64,000 nt of DNA from an uncultured delta proteobacterium (GCA_963798485.1 CAWCTR010000022.1:1-64000); one strand, 5' to 3'. Shown: positions 1-11,092, counted from the first letter of the stretch. A program made the numbers and translations. Notes: generated by a model not told the origin, from the letters alone.

Positions 1-1173
1 GCATCCCTGCCGTTTGAACAATGCATTGGTTGCCTTTTTGAGCTCTGGGGTTGCAGGGGCGGCTGCGCATATAATGGTGTGCATGGAGCTGAGATTGTAG
101 CGGCTTTTAACAGCGTCGGGCAGCACAAGGATCCACTCAAGCATTGCGGGCACAACAAAGATCCAGTTAATCCTTTCTCGTTCAATTATTTTGAGGATAT
201 CCTCAGGGTCAGACTTCTGCATGGGCACTCCGGTGCCGCCGAGCAGGATAAAGGGGACCCATCCTGCAATGGAGCCTGCATGGTAGAGAGGCCCCGGGAT
301 GAGGCAGCGCATATTCTTCGTAATGGGGTCTGATATTTCTGTTCCGCCGAACCAGTACATAAAGCTGAACTGGAGCACCAGGAGTCTGAGGTATTCCCCG
401 AGCGGTACCTTGGGCGCTTCAGCCAGATCGCTGAAGGCATAGCCGATACTGTCAAAGTAATTGACATTTTTAGGTGTGCCCGTAGTCCCTCCGGTGTAGG
501 GGTTCAATGCCACGGCGAAGTGGGTATCGGGCATGGTGCTTGGTGCGTGCGAGAGGAGCTCTTCGTAGTTTATAGTATCTGCAGGAGAGACCTTGCCCAC
601 AACGATGTAGTGCTCGATGCTTGGCAGGGCGTCTTTCAGGGGCAGGATCCTTTCCGCGAATTCGTCATGAAGGATAAGGACCCTTGGCTTTACGCGATTG
701 ATGGAATCCACAAGTTCACCACCATCCAGATGCCAATTGAGGAAGGGCATGGGGCAGCCGATGAGCGAGCAGGCAAAAAAGGCCTCGAAGAATTCGTTTC
801 CGTTATACAGCAGCTCGGCGCAGCGATCCTTGGGTTTGAGTCCGAGGGATTGAAGGGCATTGGCCAGTCTGAAGACCCTGTCCTTAAGCTGGTTATAGGT
901 GTAACGCGAACCTTCCGAGATGAGGGCCTCACGCTCACCGAAGACCTCCCACATGGATACCAGGAAGTTCGGGGTGATCTTTTCCAGCCTAAAGCTTGCC
1001 AGGGCCTTGATGGTTTTGATATGCCCGGTCTTGCTGCCGGTCTTCAGCAGGATACGTAGGGTATTCATAGCACCCCACTGCTTGTAGAATGTCTTCAGGA
1101 GCCCTTTGGTCTGTTCCATTGATGCCAGGGCGGGTATGGCGTTCATGAGATTCCTGAAACTCTTGTCCCCCAT
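1..1173 (-). CDS. AMP-binding acyl-CoA synthetase (3' end runs off the window)
   Basis: Hand translation from ATG 1173 (RBS AAGGAGG): MGDKSFRNL...LNPYTGGTTGTPK (P-loop)...PGPLYHAG...; open to the window edge, so absent from the ORF track. Confidence 0.85.
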   Translation of the reverse strand, partial: MGDKSFRNLMNAIPALASMEQTKGLLKTFYKQWGAMNTLRILLKTGSKTGHIKTIKALASFRLEKITPNFLVSMWEVFGEREALISEGSRYTYNQLKDRVFRLANALQSLGLKPKDRCAELLYNGNEFFEAFFACSLIGCPMPFLNWHLDGGELVDSINRVKPRVLILHDEFAERILPLKDALPSIEHYIVVGKVSPADTINYEELLSHAPSTMPDTHFAVALNPYTGGTTGTPKNVNYFDSIGYAFSDLAEAPKVPLGEYLRLLVLQFSFMYWFGGTEISDPITKNMRCLIPGPLYHAGSIAGWVPFILLGGTGVPMQKSDPEDILKIIERERINWIFVVPAMLEWILVLPDAVKSRYNLSSMHTIICAAAPATPELKKATNALFKRQGC

Positions 1174-1241
1174 GCAGTACCTCCTTGTGCCAATTGCACG
1201 CACATACTATTCAACTTACGTGTTATATGGGCCATGTTTTT

Positions 1242-3044
1242 TCATCGCTCCGGTTGAATCATATTGCTTAATGCAGGGGAAAGAGGCTTGCCATAGTCCT
1301 CTCTCACCTTGTTCCGCAAGACCTTTCCCACAGGGCTCATGGGAAAGGCATGGGCAAACACTACCGACTTGGGCCGCTTGAACCCGGTCATCTTGTCTTT
1401 GCACCATGAGATGATCTCCTGCTCCGATGTTGCCCTCCCGGGTTTTAACACCACGACTGCCCGGACGATGTTGCCCCATGTTTCGTCGGGTACGCCGATA
1501 ACGCATACCGAGTCGATCATTTCATGATGGGCCATGATCTCTTCCACCTCATGGGGGAAGACCTTTTCCGCGCCGGTTGAAATGCATTCTCCCTTGCGGT
1601 CCACCACGATAAGCTCGCCATCGGCGTCCACATAGCCGAGGTCACCCGAAAGGAACCATCCGTCTTTGATCACCTCGGATGTCTTTTCCGCCTCGCCGTA
1701 ATAACCCTTCATGATGGTAGCGCTCTGATAGAGGATCTCGCCGGTGCTTCCTTGGGGCACATCCTCACCTTTCTCGTCGACAATTCGCATCTTGATGCCG
1801 GAAAGGGGCCGACCGACTGACTTGTTTTTGATGGTCTCCGGTGAGGTATCGATCCGCAGTGCCGTATCAGGCGTCATCTCTGTCTGGCCGAACACATCCA
1901 CAACGATGGAGTTCGGGAATTTTTCGAGAATCTGTTTTTTCCGGCTGCCCGGGTTGGCCCCGGCGCCGGTCATGGCCACGAGCACCGACCTGCGGTCGTA
2001 ACGGTCGATATCAGGGTAATCGAGGATCATTTTCCACTGGGTCGGCACGAGAAGCACCACCATGGGCCGCTCTTTGGCAATGGTGGTGAGCACTTCGGCA
2101 GGGTCGAAATGGATGCCTTCCCTGAGGATGAAACGGATGAGCCCGGACATGGGCCCGATGATGAGGAGCTGGTAGTTGGCCATATGGAAGAGCGGCATGT
2201 TCATGAATATGGAAAGCCCACCGGTGATCCTTCCAAGAAGCGGGCTGATCGATTTGCCTGTGGTCTTGGCGAGGAGTGCTGGTGCATTACGTGAGACGAA
2301 CGAGCGGATCTTGGGAAACCCCATAAGCCTGTTAAGGGGCGCTTCGAGCCACGGTACGTGGACGAGGCTGGCGATTATCCTGCCGAAGTTCACCTTTTCA
2401 TCACAGGCAAGCCTGCCGATCAGGTCGCCGAAGAGTGATTGTGCGAGGTTCCAGAAATTGGAGTAGGTGAGCACAACCCCCTTGGGCAGCCCGGTGGTGC
2501 CGCCCGTGTAGCAGATGGTGCATACGTCATCTTCTGTGGTGCATGCAGGCGGTTCTATAGGTGGGTGTGAGGCTATGGCCGCTCCGTAATCGAGCATGCC
2601 CTCCGGTACCGGACGTCCATCGCGTGACAGGCAGATAGTTTGCCTAACGGTGGGGCAGTTCTTCAGGGCTTTACATGTCTCATCCAAGAACAGATCCTCA
2701 AATATAAGGAGGGTCGAATCCGAGTGCGTGAGCTGGTATTCGATCTCCCGGGCTACAAACCTGAAATTGATGGGTATCGGCACGGCCCCGAGCTTCTGGA
2801 GGGCATAGTTGGCCTCGATGAATTCCGGGCAGTCGTGGAACAGGATAGCAGCGTGGTCCCCCTTTTTTATACCCAGGCCTTTCAGGGCGCCGGCCAGGGA
2901 GTTGACCCGCTCATTGAGCCCTTGCCAGGTGATATTTGTATTTCCGCAGGTAACGGCGATTCCCTTTGGGTTGAATCGGGCCATGCCGGCAAGAAGTTCG
3001 CCGAAGCTTTTCCTGGCGATTGGTTTCAGTTTAGGCCATGTCAT
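1242..3044 (-). CDS. acyl-CoA synthetase / long-chain fatty acid-CoA ligase
   Basis: YTGGTTGLPKG, FGQTE, SGDLG and GKVLR motifs of the ANL superfamily. Confidence 0.9.
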   Translation of the reverse strand: MTWPKLKPIARKSFGELLAGMARFNPKGIAVTCGNTNITWQGLNERVNSLAGALKGLGIKKGDHAAILFHDCPEFIEANYALQKLGAVPIPINFRFVAREIEYQLTHSDSTLLIFEDLFLDETCKALKNCPTVRQTICLSRDGRPVPEGMLDYGAAIASHPPIEPPACTTEDDVCTICYTGGTTGLPKGVVLTYSNFWNLAQSLFGDLIGRLACDEKVNFGRIIASLVHVPWLEAPLNRLMGFPKIRSFVSRNAPALLAKTTGKSISPLLGRITGGLSIFMNMPLFHMANYQLLIIGPMSGLIRFILREGIHFDPAEVLTTIAKERPMVVLLVPTQWKMILDYPDIDRYDRRSVLVAMTGAGANPGSRKKQILEKFPNSIVVDVFGQTEMTPDTALRIDTSPETIKNKSVGRPLSGIKMRIVDEKGEDVPQGSTGEILYQSATIMKGYYGEAEKTSEVIKDGWFLSGDLGYVDADGELIVVDRKGECISTGAEKVFPHEVEEIMAHHEMIDSVCVIGVPDETWGNIVRAVVVLKPGRATSEQEIISWCKDKMTGFKRPKSVVFAHAFPMSPVGKVLRNKVREDYGKPLSPALSNMIQPER

Positions 3045-3191
3045 GATGCCCCCTAACCATAGTAAAAAGAATCACCGGGCAAGGCACCCGAGTTAATATC
3101 GTATGATGGTTATATTATAATACATAAAAAGAAGTTGGAATTCAATGACGATTAGAAGTTAGGCTTAAGGAAGTGTCCTTTTCTGATTTAT

Positions 3192-3222
3192 AAAAAAGGG
3201 CGGGCCGGATACCGGCCCGCCC
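3192..3222 (-). terminator. intrinsic terminator
   Basis: GGGCGGGCCGG-ata-CCGGCCCGCCC stem followed by a T-tract on the minus strand. Confidence 0.75.
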
Positions 3223-3297
3223 AATATATCGGAGGTTTTTCGTGATGGGGGGTTTTTAGCAGTAATTGCCCACCCTTTGTTATGAAGAAAGTCGATC

Positions 3298-4941
3298 CTA
3301 GGAGTACATAGTCCTGATCAGCTTCTTGTCGATCTTGCCCACGCTTGTCTTGGGTATCTCTTCGGTTATGATATACCTGTCCGGGATGGCATATTTGGGT
3401 ATCTTGCCTTCAGATGCACAGATCTTCATGAACTCTTTGAGAACTTCCTCGCTCACACCGTCACCCCTGAACTGGGGTTTCAGGATGACCAGAAGCATGG
3501 GCCTTTCTCCCCACTTGGTGTCGGGAATGCCGATGGCCGCCGCCTCCTGGACCGCAGTGTGGGTGCTGATTGCGTTCTCCAGGTCAAGTGAAGAGACCCA
3601 TTCACCGCCTGTCTTGATGACATCCTTAAGCCGATCTGTGATCTGTATATACCCTTCGTCATCCAGATAACCCACATCACCCGTATGGAGCCATCCGCCG
3701 TTCCAGAGCTCCCCGGTTTTTTCCGGGTCCCTGTAATAACCGTGGGTGAACCAGGGTGCGCGCACAACGATCTCACCCGTGGCCTGCCCATCGTTCGGCA
3801 GGAAGTTACCCTGCGGGTCGGCGATCCTCACATCCACGAGCGAGATGGGTATGCCTGTCTTGATGACGATGTCGCTCTTCTTCTCGTTGTCAAAGTCTTT
3901 CATGGATGGTTTGAGGTTCGATACACTGATCACCGGGCAGGTCTCAGACATGCCGTACCCCGCCATCACCTGGATACCTAAGTCGAGGGCTGCCTTGGCA
4001 AGCCCCTTGGGGAGCCTTGCCCCGCCGATGATGACCTTCCAGTATGAGAGATCGAACTTCTTTGATATGGGGCTGTTCACCAGCATCTGGAGGATGGTTG
4101 GCACGCAGTGGGAATAGGTTACCCTTTCTTCCAAGATGAGTTTGATGAGTACTTCAGGCTCATACTTGCCCGGATAGACCTGCTTGATGCCCATCATGGT
4201 GGCGATATAGGGGAATCCCCAGGCATGGACATGGAACATGGGGGTGATGGGCATGTAGACATCCGAGGTGGAGAACCGTAGCGGTGTGTCATGGCAGCTC
4301 ACTGCTATGCATACGCTCATGGAATGCAGCACGATCTGCCGGTGGGTGAAGAACACCCCTTTGGGGAGTCCTGTTGTCCCGGTTGTGTAGAAGGTGGTCG
4401 CCTTGGTGTTTTCGTCAAGGTCCGGGAAGTCGTAATCCGGGGATGCCTTGGCCAGCATCTGCTCATATTCCTCATCAAGGTGCACTTCGGTCTGCGGCAT
4501 CTCGATATTGTCATTGAGGAGAACAACCTTTTTTACCGTCTTCAGCTTGTCCCTTATGGATAAGAAGAGAGGCAGGAAGTCGGCGTTGATAAGCACGACA
4601 TCGGCCTGGGCATGGTTTATGGTGTACTCGATCTGGTCCGGGGAGAGACGCCAGTTCACCGTAAACAGCACGGCGCCCAGCATGGGAATTGCGAAGAAAC
4701 TCTCAAGATAGCGGTGCGAGTCGTAATCAAACACGGCGACGGTATCTCCCTGCTTCACGCCGAGGCTGTTCAGAGCGCTTCCAAGCCTGTTGATCCTTTC
4801 AAAGAGGTCGCGGTAGGTGTAGCGCACCTTGTCCCGGTACACGATCTCCTGATTTTGCGCGCTGATCTTAGGGCTTGTCAGCAGATCCTTGATAGTGAGC
4901 TGAAACCGATAATGTTGTCCGTTAAGGGATTTTACCGCCAT
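3298..4941 (-). CDS. fatty acid-CoA ligase (AlkK/DmdB-like)
   Basis: YTTGTTGLPKG, PMFHVHAWG, GYGMSET, DRLKDVIKTGGEW, KTSVGK; probable start MAVKS after AAGGAGG. Confidence 0.9.
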   Translation of the reverse strand: MAVKSLNGQHYRFQLTIKDLLTSPKISAQNQEIVYRDKVRYTYRDLFERINRLGSALNSLGVKQGDTVAVFDYDSHRYLESFFAIPMLGAVLFTVNWRLSPDQIEYTINHAQADVVLINADFLPLFLSIRDKLKTVKKVVLLNDNIEMPQTEVHLDEEYEQMLAKASPDYDFPDLDENTKATTFYTTGTTGLPKGVFFTHRQIVLHSMSVCIAVSCHDTPLRFSTSDVYMPITPMFHVHAWGFPYIATMMGIKQVYPGKYEPEVLIKLILEERVTYSHCVPTILQMLVNSPISKKFDLSYWKVIIGGARLPKGLAKAALDLGIQVMAGYGMSETCPVISVSNLKPSMKDFDNEKKSDIVIKTGIPISLVDVRIADPQGNFLPNDGQATGEIVVRAPWFTHGYYRDPEKTGELWNGGWLHTGDVGYLDDEGYIQITDRLKDVIKTGGEWVSSLDLENAISTHTAVQEAAAIGIPDTKWGERPMLLVILKPQFRGDGVSEEVLKEFMKICASEGKIPKYAIPDRYIITEEIPKTSVGKIDKKLIRTMYS

Positions 4942-5189
4942 ACTGACCTCCTTAGAGTCATTGTAGTAACTATGGTGAATCATCGGTCAAAACAGGTTTC
5001 ACAACAATCAGTTGCAGACTGTTTCTTATGTGCATGAAGGGAGGAAAGATCGGTAGGGAGATGACCTACAGTACTTCTCAATTTTAGATTACCATGCTCA
5101 ACGGCTACCGAGATAATGGTAATGTTGACAAACGCTCAGAAAATGTCACACTGGAAAAACACATGTCATAGATTCAAAAGGAAGGGGCC

Positions 5190-6212
5190 ATGGACATACG
5201 CTTTGAGAGATCGGATGGGACACAACCTGGGACCATTTCAGCTTTGCGCTCAATCATTGAGACGCTTGATCCTCCCTTCTCCCGGGGTAGCTCTGTCGGT
5301 ATAAAGCTCCACTGGGGGGAACTAGGCAATAACAGCTACCTGGACCCGGCCTATGCCCGGGAGGTTGTGCGCTGGCTTTTATCAAAGGGAAGCAAACCCT
5401 TTATTTTCGATACCTCGGTGCTCTATTCAGGGAGCAGGCGTACCGGCAAGGACTCCCTGGAGACGGCTAAACAGCATGGTTATACCGAGGAGTTCTTCGG
5501 CTGCCCTGTAGTAATCGCAGATGGTATGGACGGCCGCGACGTCATCGATATCCCGGCCGGTTATAAGCACTTCAAGACCGCCCAGGTGACTGCCCTTGTT
5601 GAAAAGACTGACGGGTTTTTCATCTTTTCCCATTTTAAAGCGCATCTCGCTTCCGGCTTTGGCGGCGCCATCAAGAACATCTCCATGGGGTTCGCGTCCC
5701 GTGCCCAGAAGCAGCGCATGCATGCGGATGTGAAGCCCATACTCAGCCGGAAAAAGTGTACCAGGTGCGGGATCTGTACCGAGGTTTGTCCCACGGGTGC
5801 GGCCGGTATAATTGACGGTGAGTACCCGACCTATGACCTGGATACCTGTATCGGGTGCGCCCAGTGCATAGCACAGTGTCCGGAAGTGGCCCTGCGGATC
5901 CTGTGGAGTGGGGATCACGACGCATTCCAGGAAAAGCTCATAGAGACAGCTGCCGCTGTATGGCGGATCATCGGCAATAAGACCGTGCTCATCAACGCGC
6001 TTATCAAGATCACTGCCGAATGCGACTGTCTCCCCGGAAAGGCCGACATCATTGCAGGCGACATCGGGTTCCTGGCCGGCAGCCATCCGGTGGACCTCGA
6101 CAATGAATCCGTATCCAGGGTCGGGGCTGATATTATTACCAAGGCCCATTCATACCTGACATGGCAGAGGCAGTTCTCCTATGCACGGGAGATAGGGTTT
6201 AATGGAAAATGA
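5190..6212 (+). CDS. DUF362 family protein with 2[4Fe-4S] ferredoxin domain
   Basis: IKLHWGE, SHFKAH...GGAIKN and two CxxCxxCxxxCP motifs. Confidence 0.85.
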   Translation: MDIRFERSDGTQPGTISALRSIIETLDPPFSRGSSVGIKLHWGELGNNSYLDPAYAREVVRWLLSKGSKPFIFDTSVLYSGSRRTGKDSLETAKQHGYTEEFFGCPVVIADGMDGRDVIDIPAGYKHFKTAQVTALVEKTDGFFIFSHFKAHLASGFGGAIKNISMGFASRAQKQRMHADVKPILSRKKCTRCGICTEVCPTGAAGIIDGEYPTYDLDTCIGCAQCIAQCPEVALRILWSGDHDAFQEKLIETAAAVWRIIGNKTVLINALIKITAECDCLPGKADIIAGDIGFLAGSHPVDLDNESVSRVGADIITKAHSYLTWQRQFSYAREIGFNGK

Positions 6213-6242
6213 TATGCAGCAGGCAGTGCAAAGGTGATGACC

Positions 6243-6791
6243 CTACTGCTGCCTAAAGTCCAGGTTTTCTAGCCGTAACAGGGTCCATTCACCTGCTATC
6301 AATTCGTAATACAACCGAAGCCTGCCCGCATAGCTTGAAACCGTATCCACATGGGCAACGACCTGGGCCTTATTGCCTTTCACCTTGGTATCAAGGATCT
6401 TTATTTCCTGGATATTTGTCCCATCGAACCGTATTCCCATGGGGACAGGAACAAAGGCGTCATAAGACGGCGTCCCGGGTGACGCGGAAGATGATGTCGT
6501 GCTGGTTCCGGAGCGGTTGCCCGTATTGGTTTTGACTTTTATCGTAGACTCAGGGCCGATGCTCCTGCCCATAAGGTCCTGTTCAATCTTTTCCGGGGTG
6601 AAGACAGTGCTTTTCTTATTGGCATAAGACTCTGCTTTCGCACAGATGGTTTTGATCTGGGCCTCAGACAACCCCTCGTCCTTCATCGCCTTAATGATGG
6701 CCTCCGGGCATTGAGTAGCCGCTGCATTGGTAATGAACAGTGTAATGAAAAAAACCGAGAGCGGAATAGCCAAAAGGATCAGTCTTTTCAT
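6243..6791 (-). CDS. hypothetical exported protein
   Basis: N-terminal signal peptide, Ser/Thr-rich linker. Confidence 0.6.
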   Translation of the reverse strand: MKRLILLAIPLSVFFITLFITNAAATQCPEAIIKAMKDEGLSEAQIKTICAKAESYANKKSTVFTPEKIEQDLMGRSIGPESTIKVKTNTGNRSGTSTTSSSASPGTPSYDAFVPVPMGIRFDGTNIQEIKILDTKVKGNKAQVVAHVDTVSSYAGRLRLYYELIAGEWTLLRLENLDFRQQ

Positions 6792-6818
6792 GCGGCTCCT
6801 ATTCTATCTTACAAAAGT

Positions 6819-7646
6819 CTAATTGAATAAGGTTATATACCGGAATATTACCCAGAAGTGGGCAGTGCTTCCTAACATAACAAAAAGGTGGAAGAGCTCA
6901 TGATATCCGAAGAGCGGAGGTTTCTCGTCCGCTTTTTCCAAGGCATAGAAGACTGCGCCTATCGTGTATGAGAGGCCTCCTGCAGCGAGCCAGAAGATGG
7001 CCCATGGCTGAAGTATCCTGAAGATATGGCCGGTCCCGACGATTGAGAAAAAGCCTGCAAATAGGTAGATTGAAAGGCAAAGTCTTTTAGGGACATGGAT
7101 CCAATATAATTTGAATACCGTACCCAAAGCGGCTATTACCCAGATGCACAAAAATACGCTCCAGCCGAACGCACCCCTGAACGGTATGAGACAGAATGGG
7201 GTGTAGGTCGCGGCTATGAATACAAATATCATGATATGGTCGAGTTTTCTGAGCTGCACGATCCTTCTTTCAGAAACAGGAAGCCAGTGAAAGAGGGTAC
7301 TCGCCGTAAAGAGAAGGATCATGGATATACCGAAGACAGAAAATGTTGCAAGATGCCACGGACGGACGGGATGTGTCGTTTCCGAGACGAGCAAGGCAAG
7401 GCCGTACAACGCGAGCAATGCTCCAAGGCAATGGGTCAGGCCGCTTATCGGCTCTCTGAGTTTGGTTTTTTCCTGAAGGTGCATGACTGCGTCATTAAGA
7501 GAGGTAAAGGGATGGTGAAAGCGACCGGCCTTTGCTTCAACATCGATTACCCGCGAGGGTCGGATGGCAGTGCCGGGGTAGGGGAGAACCGCTTCAGTTG
7601 CTGTAGGGATGTCGCCCCATGATGAATCTTTTCGTAATGATGCCAT
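6819..7646 (-). CDS. hemolysin III / PAQR family membrane protein
   Basis: REPISGLTH, ASTLFH, LDHIMIFVFIAATYTP, HELFHLFV; about 7 TM segments. Confidence 0.9.
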   Translation of the reverse strand: MASLRKDSSWGDIPTATEAVLPYPGTAIRPSRVIDVEAKAGRFHHPFTSLNDAVMHLQEKTKLREPISGLTHCLGALLALYGLALLVSETTHPVRPWHLATFSVFGISMILLFTASTLFHWLPVSERRIVQLRKLDHIMIFVFIAATYTPFCLIPFRGAFGWSVFLCIWVIAALGTVFKLYWIHVPKRLCLSIYLFAGFFSIVGTGHIFRILQPWAIFWLAAGGLSYTIGAVFYALEKADEKPPLFGYHELFHLFVMLGSTAHFWVIFRYITLFN

Positions 7647-7932
7647 ACACTCTCCAAGTTCAGCAAAGCTTCAATAAATATATGAGAGGTATATTCATCC
7701 TGCGTGCCATGGAATGGCTATTGATGGAAAAATGCTAATGTAGCTTAATCATTATAGATAAATATAGCTATGCTACCGGGCCGGGGTGAATAAACGGGGC
7801 AAGAGGAAATATATTGCCTATTTGTGGTAAATTAATCCATATTATATTAAATTATAGACGAGCACTCTGTAATTACCCCTCTTGACCTTTGCTCTGATCA
7901 AGATGAGGTCTTCGTGCAAGAAAGAGAACTTC

Positions 7933-8379
7933 TCATGGTTCAGCAATATTCTTCACAGGCTTGTCCTGAATGAAGGTATCGATCAGTCTTGCCGTGATAT
8001 CCGGATACTCCTCCTGCGGCATATGGCCGCACTTCGGGATGATCACAAGGGTTGAATCTCGAAGTTCCTTGTTGAATCTGTAGGCGCTGCTCAAGGGTAT
8101 CCATCCGTCATCTTGACCCCAGATGATCATGGACTTGATTTTTATCTCAGGTATCCGATTGACGTACTTCTCGAATCTGTAGAAATCCAAAGACCTCACG
8201 ACAGCGATTTGAGCATCCAGAGCATTTGTTGTTCGCAATCTGTTGTAATACGCTTCCACCTGATCCTTTGTAATCCAGTCTCCATGATAATAGACTTCGG
8301 ATAAGGTCTGCCGGATCATCCAACGGCTGAAGAACAGTTTAGTAATTTGTGCAGACAACGGCATGCTGGCCATTTTCAT
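7933..8379 (-). pseudogene. C-terminal fragment of an alpha/beta hydrolase
   Basis: IIWGQDDGWIP and CGHMPQEE (catalytic Asp/His) present; no GxSxG nucleophile region. Confidence 0.6.
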
Positions 8380-8503
8380 TATAAATGGAAATTAAGTGCT
8401 TTTATGAGTCATACCGTTCTTTCCGGGCTTCCGTTGATACCCATGATCGTCATGCTTCCCTGGTCTCCCTTAGAGTTGTCGAACACTCGCGGTGGACGAT
8501 TTC

Positions 8504-9304
8504 TCAAAGGACATACGCCTCGACCTCCAAGCGGACCATTTTGACGTGTATATGGCTGAGGGCATCAATCGGATTTGCCGCCGAATAAGCTTCGATCACT
8601 TCTGCAAGAAAGGCATCTCGCAGTCCGACCGGCAGACGGTCCGTAAAGGGGAACCAAGTTGTCCGCAGCCAGCCCTTAAACCCGTCCGCTCCATGATGCT
8701 GCATATCTTTCGGCATGAGCTCAACACGTACCGGGCGGAATCCGCTTTCCAACAGCCACGCTTCATATTCTTCCGGTCCACAAAAATGGTAGGGCGGAGT
8801 GAAGCCTTCATAGTATTGCCGCCACCGGGGGTGCCGTAAAACCTTTTCAAGGGCTTCGAAAACCTCAGGTGCGTTCCCACGGCCGCCCATCTGAAACAGA
8901 ATCTTGCCGCCTGACTTGAGGCAGGCATGCACGCCTCGAAGAATCGCACTGTGGTCTTTCACCCAATGAAGGGCGGCGTTTGAGAATGCGACATCGAATC
9001 TCCCAGAAAGGCGAATGCTTGTTGCGTCCATATGCAAGAAAGACAGGTTGGGATATTTTGCTGAAGGAAACTGCTCTGAGGCAAGCCGGATCATGTCTTC
9101 AGATAGATCAATGCCCAACACGTTTCCGTTTTTGGCAGCCAGCGCAAGAAGGGCGCTGATCTTCCCATCTCCGCATCCGATATCGAGCACGGATTCACCA
9201 CCCTGCAAGGTGAGTTTTGAAATAAGCTCCTGCGCCCACTGTAGCTGTGCCGAAGAATTTTTTGCGTAATCCACGGCATTCCATTTCTGTTGAACCGGTT
9301 GCAT
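8504..9304 (-). CDS. class I SAM methyltransferase (Tam-like)
   Basis: VLDIGCGDG, FDVAFSNAALHW. Confidence 0.9.
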   Translation of the reverse strand: MQPVQQKWNAVDYAKNSSAQLQWAQELISKLTLQGGESVLDIGCGDGKISALLALAAKNGNVLGIDLSEDMIRLASEQFPSAKYPNLSFLHMDATSIRLSGRFDVAFSNAALHWVKDHSAILRGVHACLKSGGKILFQMGGRGNAPEVFEALEKVLRHPRWRQYYEGFTPPYHFCGPEEYEAWLLESGFRPVRVELMPKDMQHHGADGFKGWLRTTWFPFTDRLPVGLRDAFLAEVIEAYSAANPIDALSHIHVKMVRLEVEAYVL

Positions 9305-9535
9305 AGGGTCCGTTCCCTCTAATGGTTAAAATCACACGAGCCGTCCTCGATGTCGGCTTGATTACTACGTATACTATACGTGTAGCTATTCGATCTGTCA
9401 ATGTGCCCGGCTGGTTATTAGGGTTTGGACAGTAATGTATTTTCTGGGGGCCGACGCCACGCATTAGCGGAGTGCAATTTTTACTGATCATACTGCTTAT
9501 CGCATAAGGCATATGAATGGTGTATACTGGCACAA

Positions 9536-9970
9536 ATGACCAAGCCGGAGCATGCATTAGAATTATTCTCCTCCAAATACTCCTGCGCCCAGGCAGTACT
9601 GATGTCCTTTGCCGGGGATTTCGGCATGGACCGGCTCACGGCATCAAAGGTTGCCTGCGCATTCGGCGGAGGGATCTCTCACCTGGGGCTCACCTGCGGG
9701 GCCGTTTCCGGGGCTCTTATTGCCATCGGGCTTAAACATGGCGGCGGCCCTGAGATGAAGGAAGGGACCTATGAGATCGTCAATGAGTTCGTCGAACGCT
9801 TCACCAGGCTCCACGGCTCCATCAACTGCACCGAGCTCATAGGGTACGACCTGGGCAAGCCTGAGCAACTGGCCGAGGCAAGAGAAAAGGCCATCTTTGC
9901 CGTCCGATGCGTCAAATATGTGGAAGATGCAGTAAAGATACTCGAAGAGATGTTCCGACCCATAGGCTGA
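9536..9970 (+). CDS. C-GCAxxG-C-C family redox protein
   Basis: SCAQAV, FGGG...TCGAVSG, GSINCTEL, terminal C. Confidence 0.85.
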   Translation: MTKPEHALELFSSKYSCAQAVLMSFAGDFGMDRLTASKVACAFGGGISHLGLTCGAVSGALIAIGLKHGGGPEMKEGTYEIVNEFVERFTRLHGSINCTELIGYDLGKPEQLAEAREKAIFAVRCVKYVEDAVKILEEMFRPIG

Positions 9971-10285
9971 AAAGGTACGCCCGATGCCACTGTTTATACA
10001 GTGTTTTTCTTCGCAGCCTCCAGGGTGATGTAGGCAACCTCAGTAAAATAAATTTCTCTTGAAACTTGAAAACCAAAGGTATATGTGGGCGCCAGCTTGA
10101 TACAAGCCCTTACACGAAGGAGAAGTTGATGAGAAAGTTATTTGCATTCGGTATACTGGTATACGCCCTCTTGGTCTTTATCTCATGGACCTAGCCGAAC
10201 AAGTCCTGTCCTATATGACAACCCGCGTATTGCCCATTATCCAAGCCATATGAGTATTCCTTGAATCAAAGGCATGTGCTGAATC

Positions 10286-10924
10286 ATGAAGGATTATGAG
10301 AAGAAGGACTTTGATAAGGAGGCTGCATCCTGGGACCAGGAAGCGGGGCGGATCAAGCTTGCAAACGATGTCGCTGAAGCCATATCTGATGAGATCAGTT
10401 TGACTCCCACAATGGATGTCCTGGACTTCGGCTGTGGCACAGGCCTGCTGACCTTGCAGCTGCAGCCGTACGTCCGATCCATAACAGGCGTTGACAATTC
10501 TCAAGGGATGCTCGACATCCTTTGGGTAAAGATACAGACCCGGAACTTGTCAAAGGTAACAATCCAATACAAAGACCTTGACAAGGGAGATGTACTTGAA
10601 GGCCGGTACCATCTGATCGTCAGCAGCATGACCTTCCATCATATCAGGGAAATCAGCCCTCTCCTCAATCAGTTCTCAAAGGTTTTAGTCCCTCAGGGGT
10701 ATCTCTGCATCGCTGACCTTGACCCTGATGACGGCAGGTTCCACGGCACTAATGAAGGCGTATTTCATTATGGGTTCGACAGGTCGATCCTCAGACATGC
10801 TTTCATTGAAGCCGGATTTGACGACATCAGGGATCGGACGGCGGCATCGGTGGAGAAGCCTGTCTCTGACGGAGGGACGCAACAGTTCACGGTTTTTCTC
10901 ATGACCGGCAGGAAGTCCACCTAA
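10286..10924 (+). CDS. class I SAM methyltransferase
   Basis: FDKEAASWD, VLDFGCGTG, SSMTFHH. Confidence 0.9.
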   Translation: MKDYEKKDFDKEAASWDQEAGRIKLANDVAEAISDEISLTPTMDVLDFGCGTGLLTLQLQPYVRSITGVDNSQGMLDILWVKIQTRNLSKVTIQYKDLDKGDVLEGRYHLIVSSMTFHHIREISPLLNQFSKVLVPQGYLCIADLDPDDGRFHGTNEGVFHYGFDRSILRHAFIEAGFDDIRDRTAASVEKPVSDGGTQQFTVFLMTGRKST

Positions 10925-11043
10925 TGATATTCAGTCTGTAACATTACCGGATCGAGTCCCCATATAAAGAGCAGTCCTTCAGCTGAAGGATGAATTGATA
11001 AAGAACGAAATATCTGCTTCCCTCATATGTTCTGCCTTTTCAC

Positions 11044-11092
11044 TTGACAGGGAAAAGATTATGACTCATTATTGGCATATGCCAATAATGAG
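11044..11092 (+). promoter_or_regulatory. sigma70 promoter overlapped by a 28-bp perfect palindrome (operator)
   Basis: TTGACA 11044-11049, 17-bp spacer, CATTAT; palindrome CTCATTATTGGCAT|ATGCCAATAATGAG 11065-11092. Confidence 0.7.
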
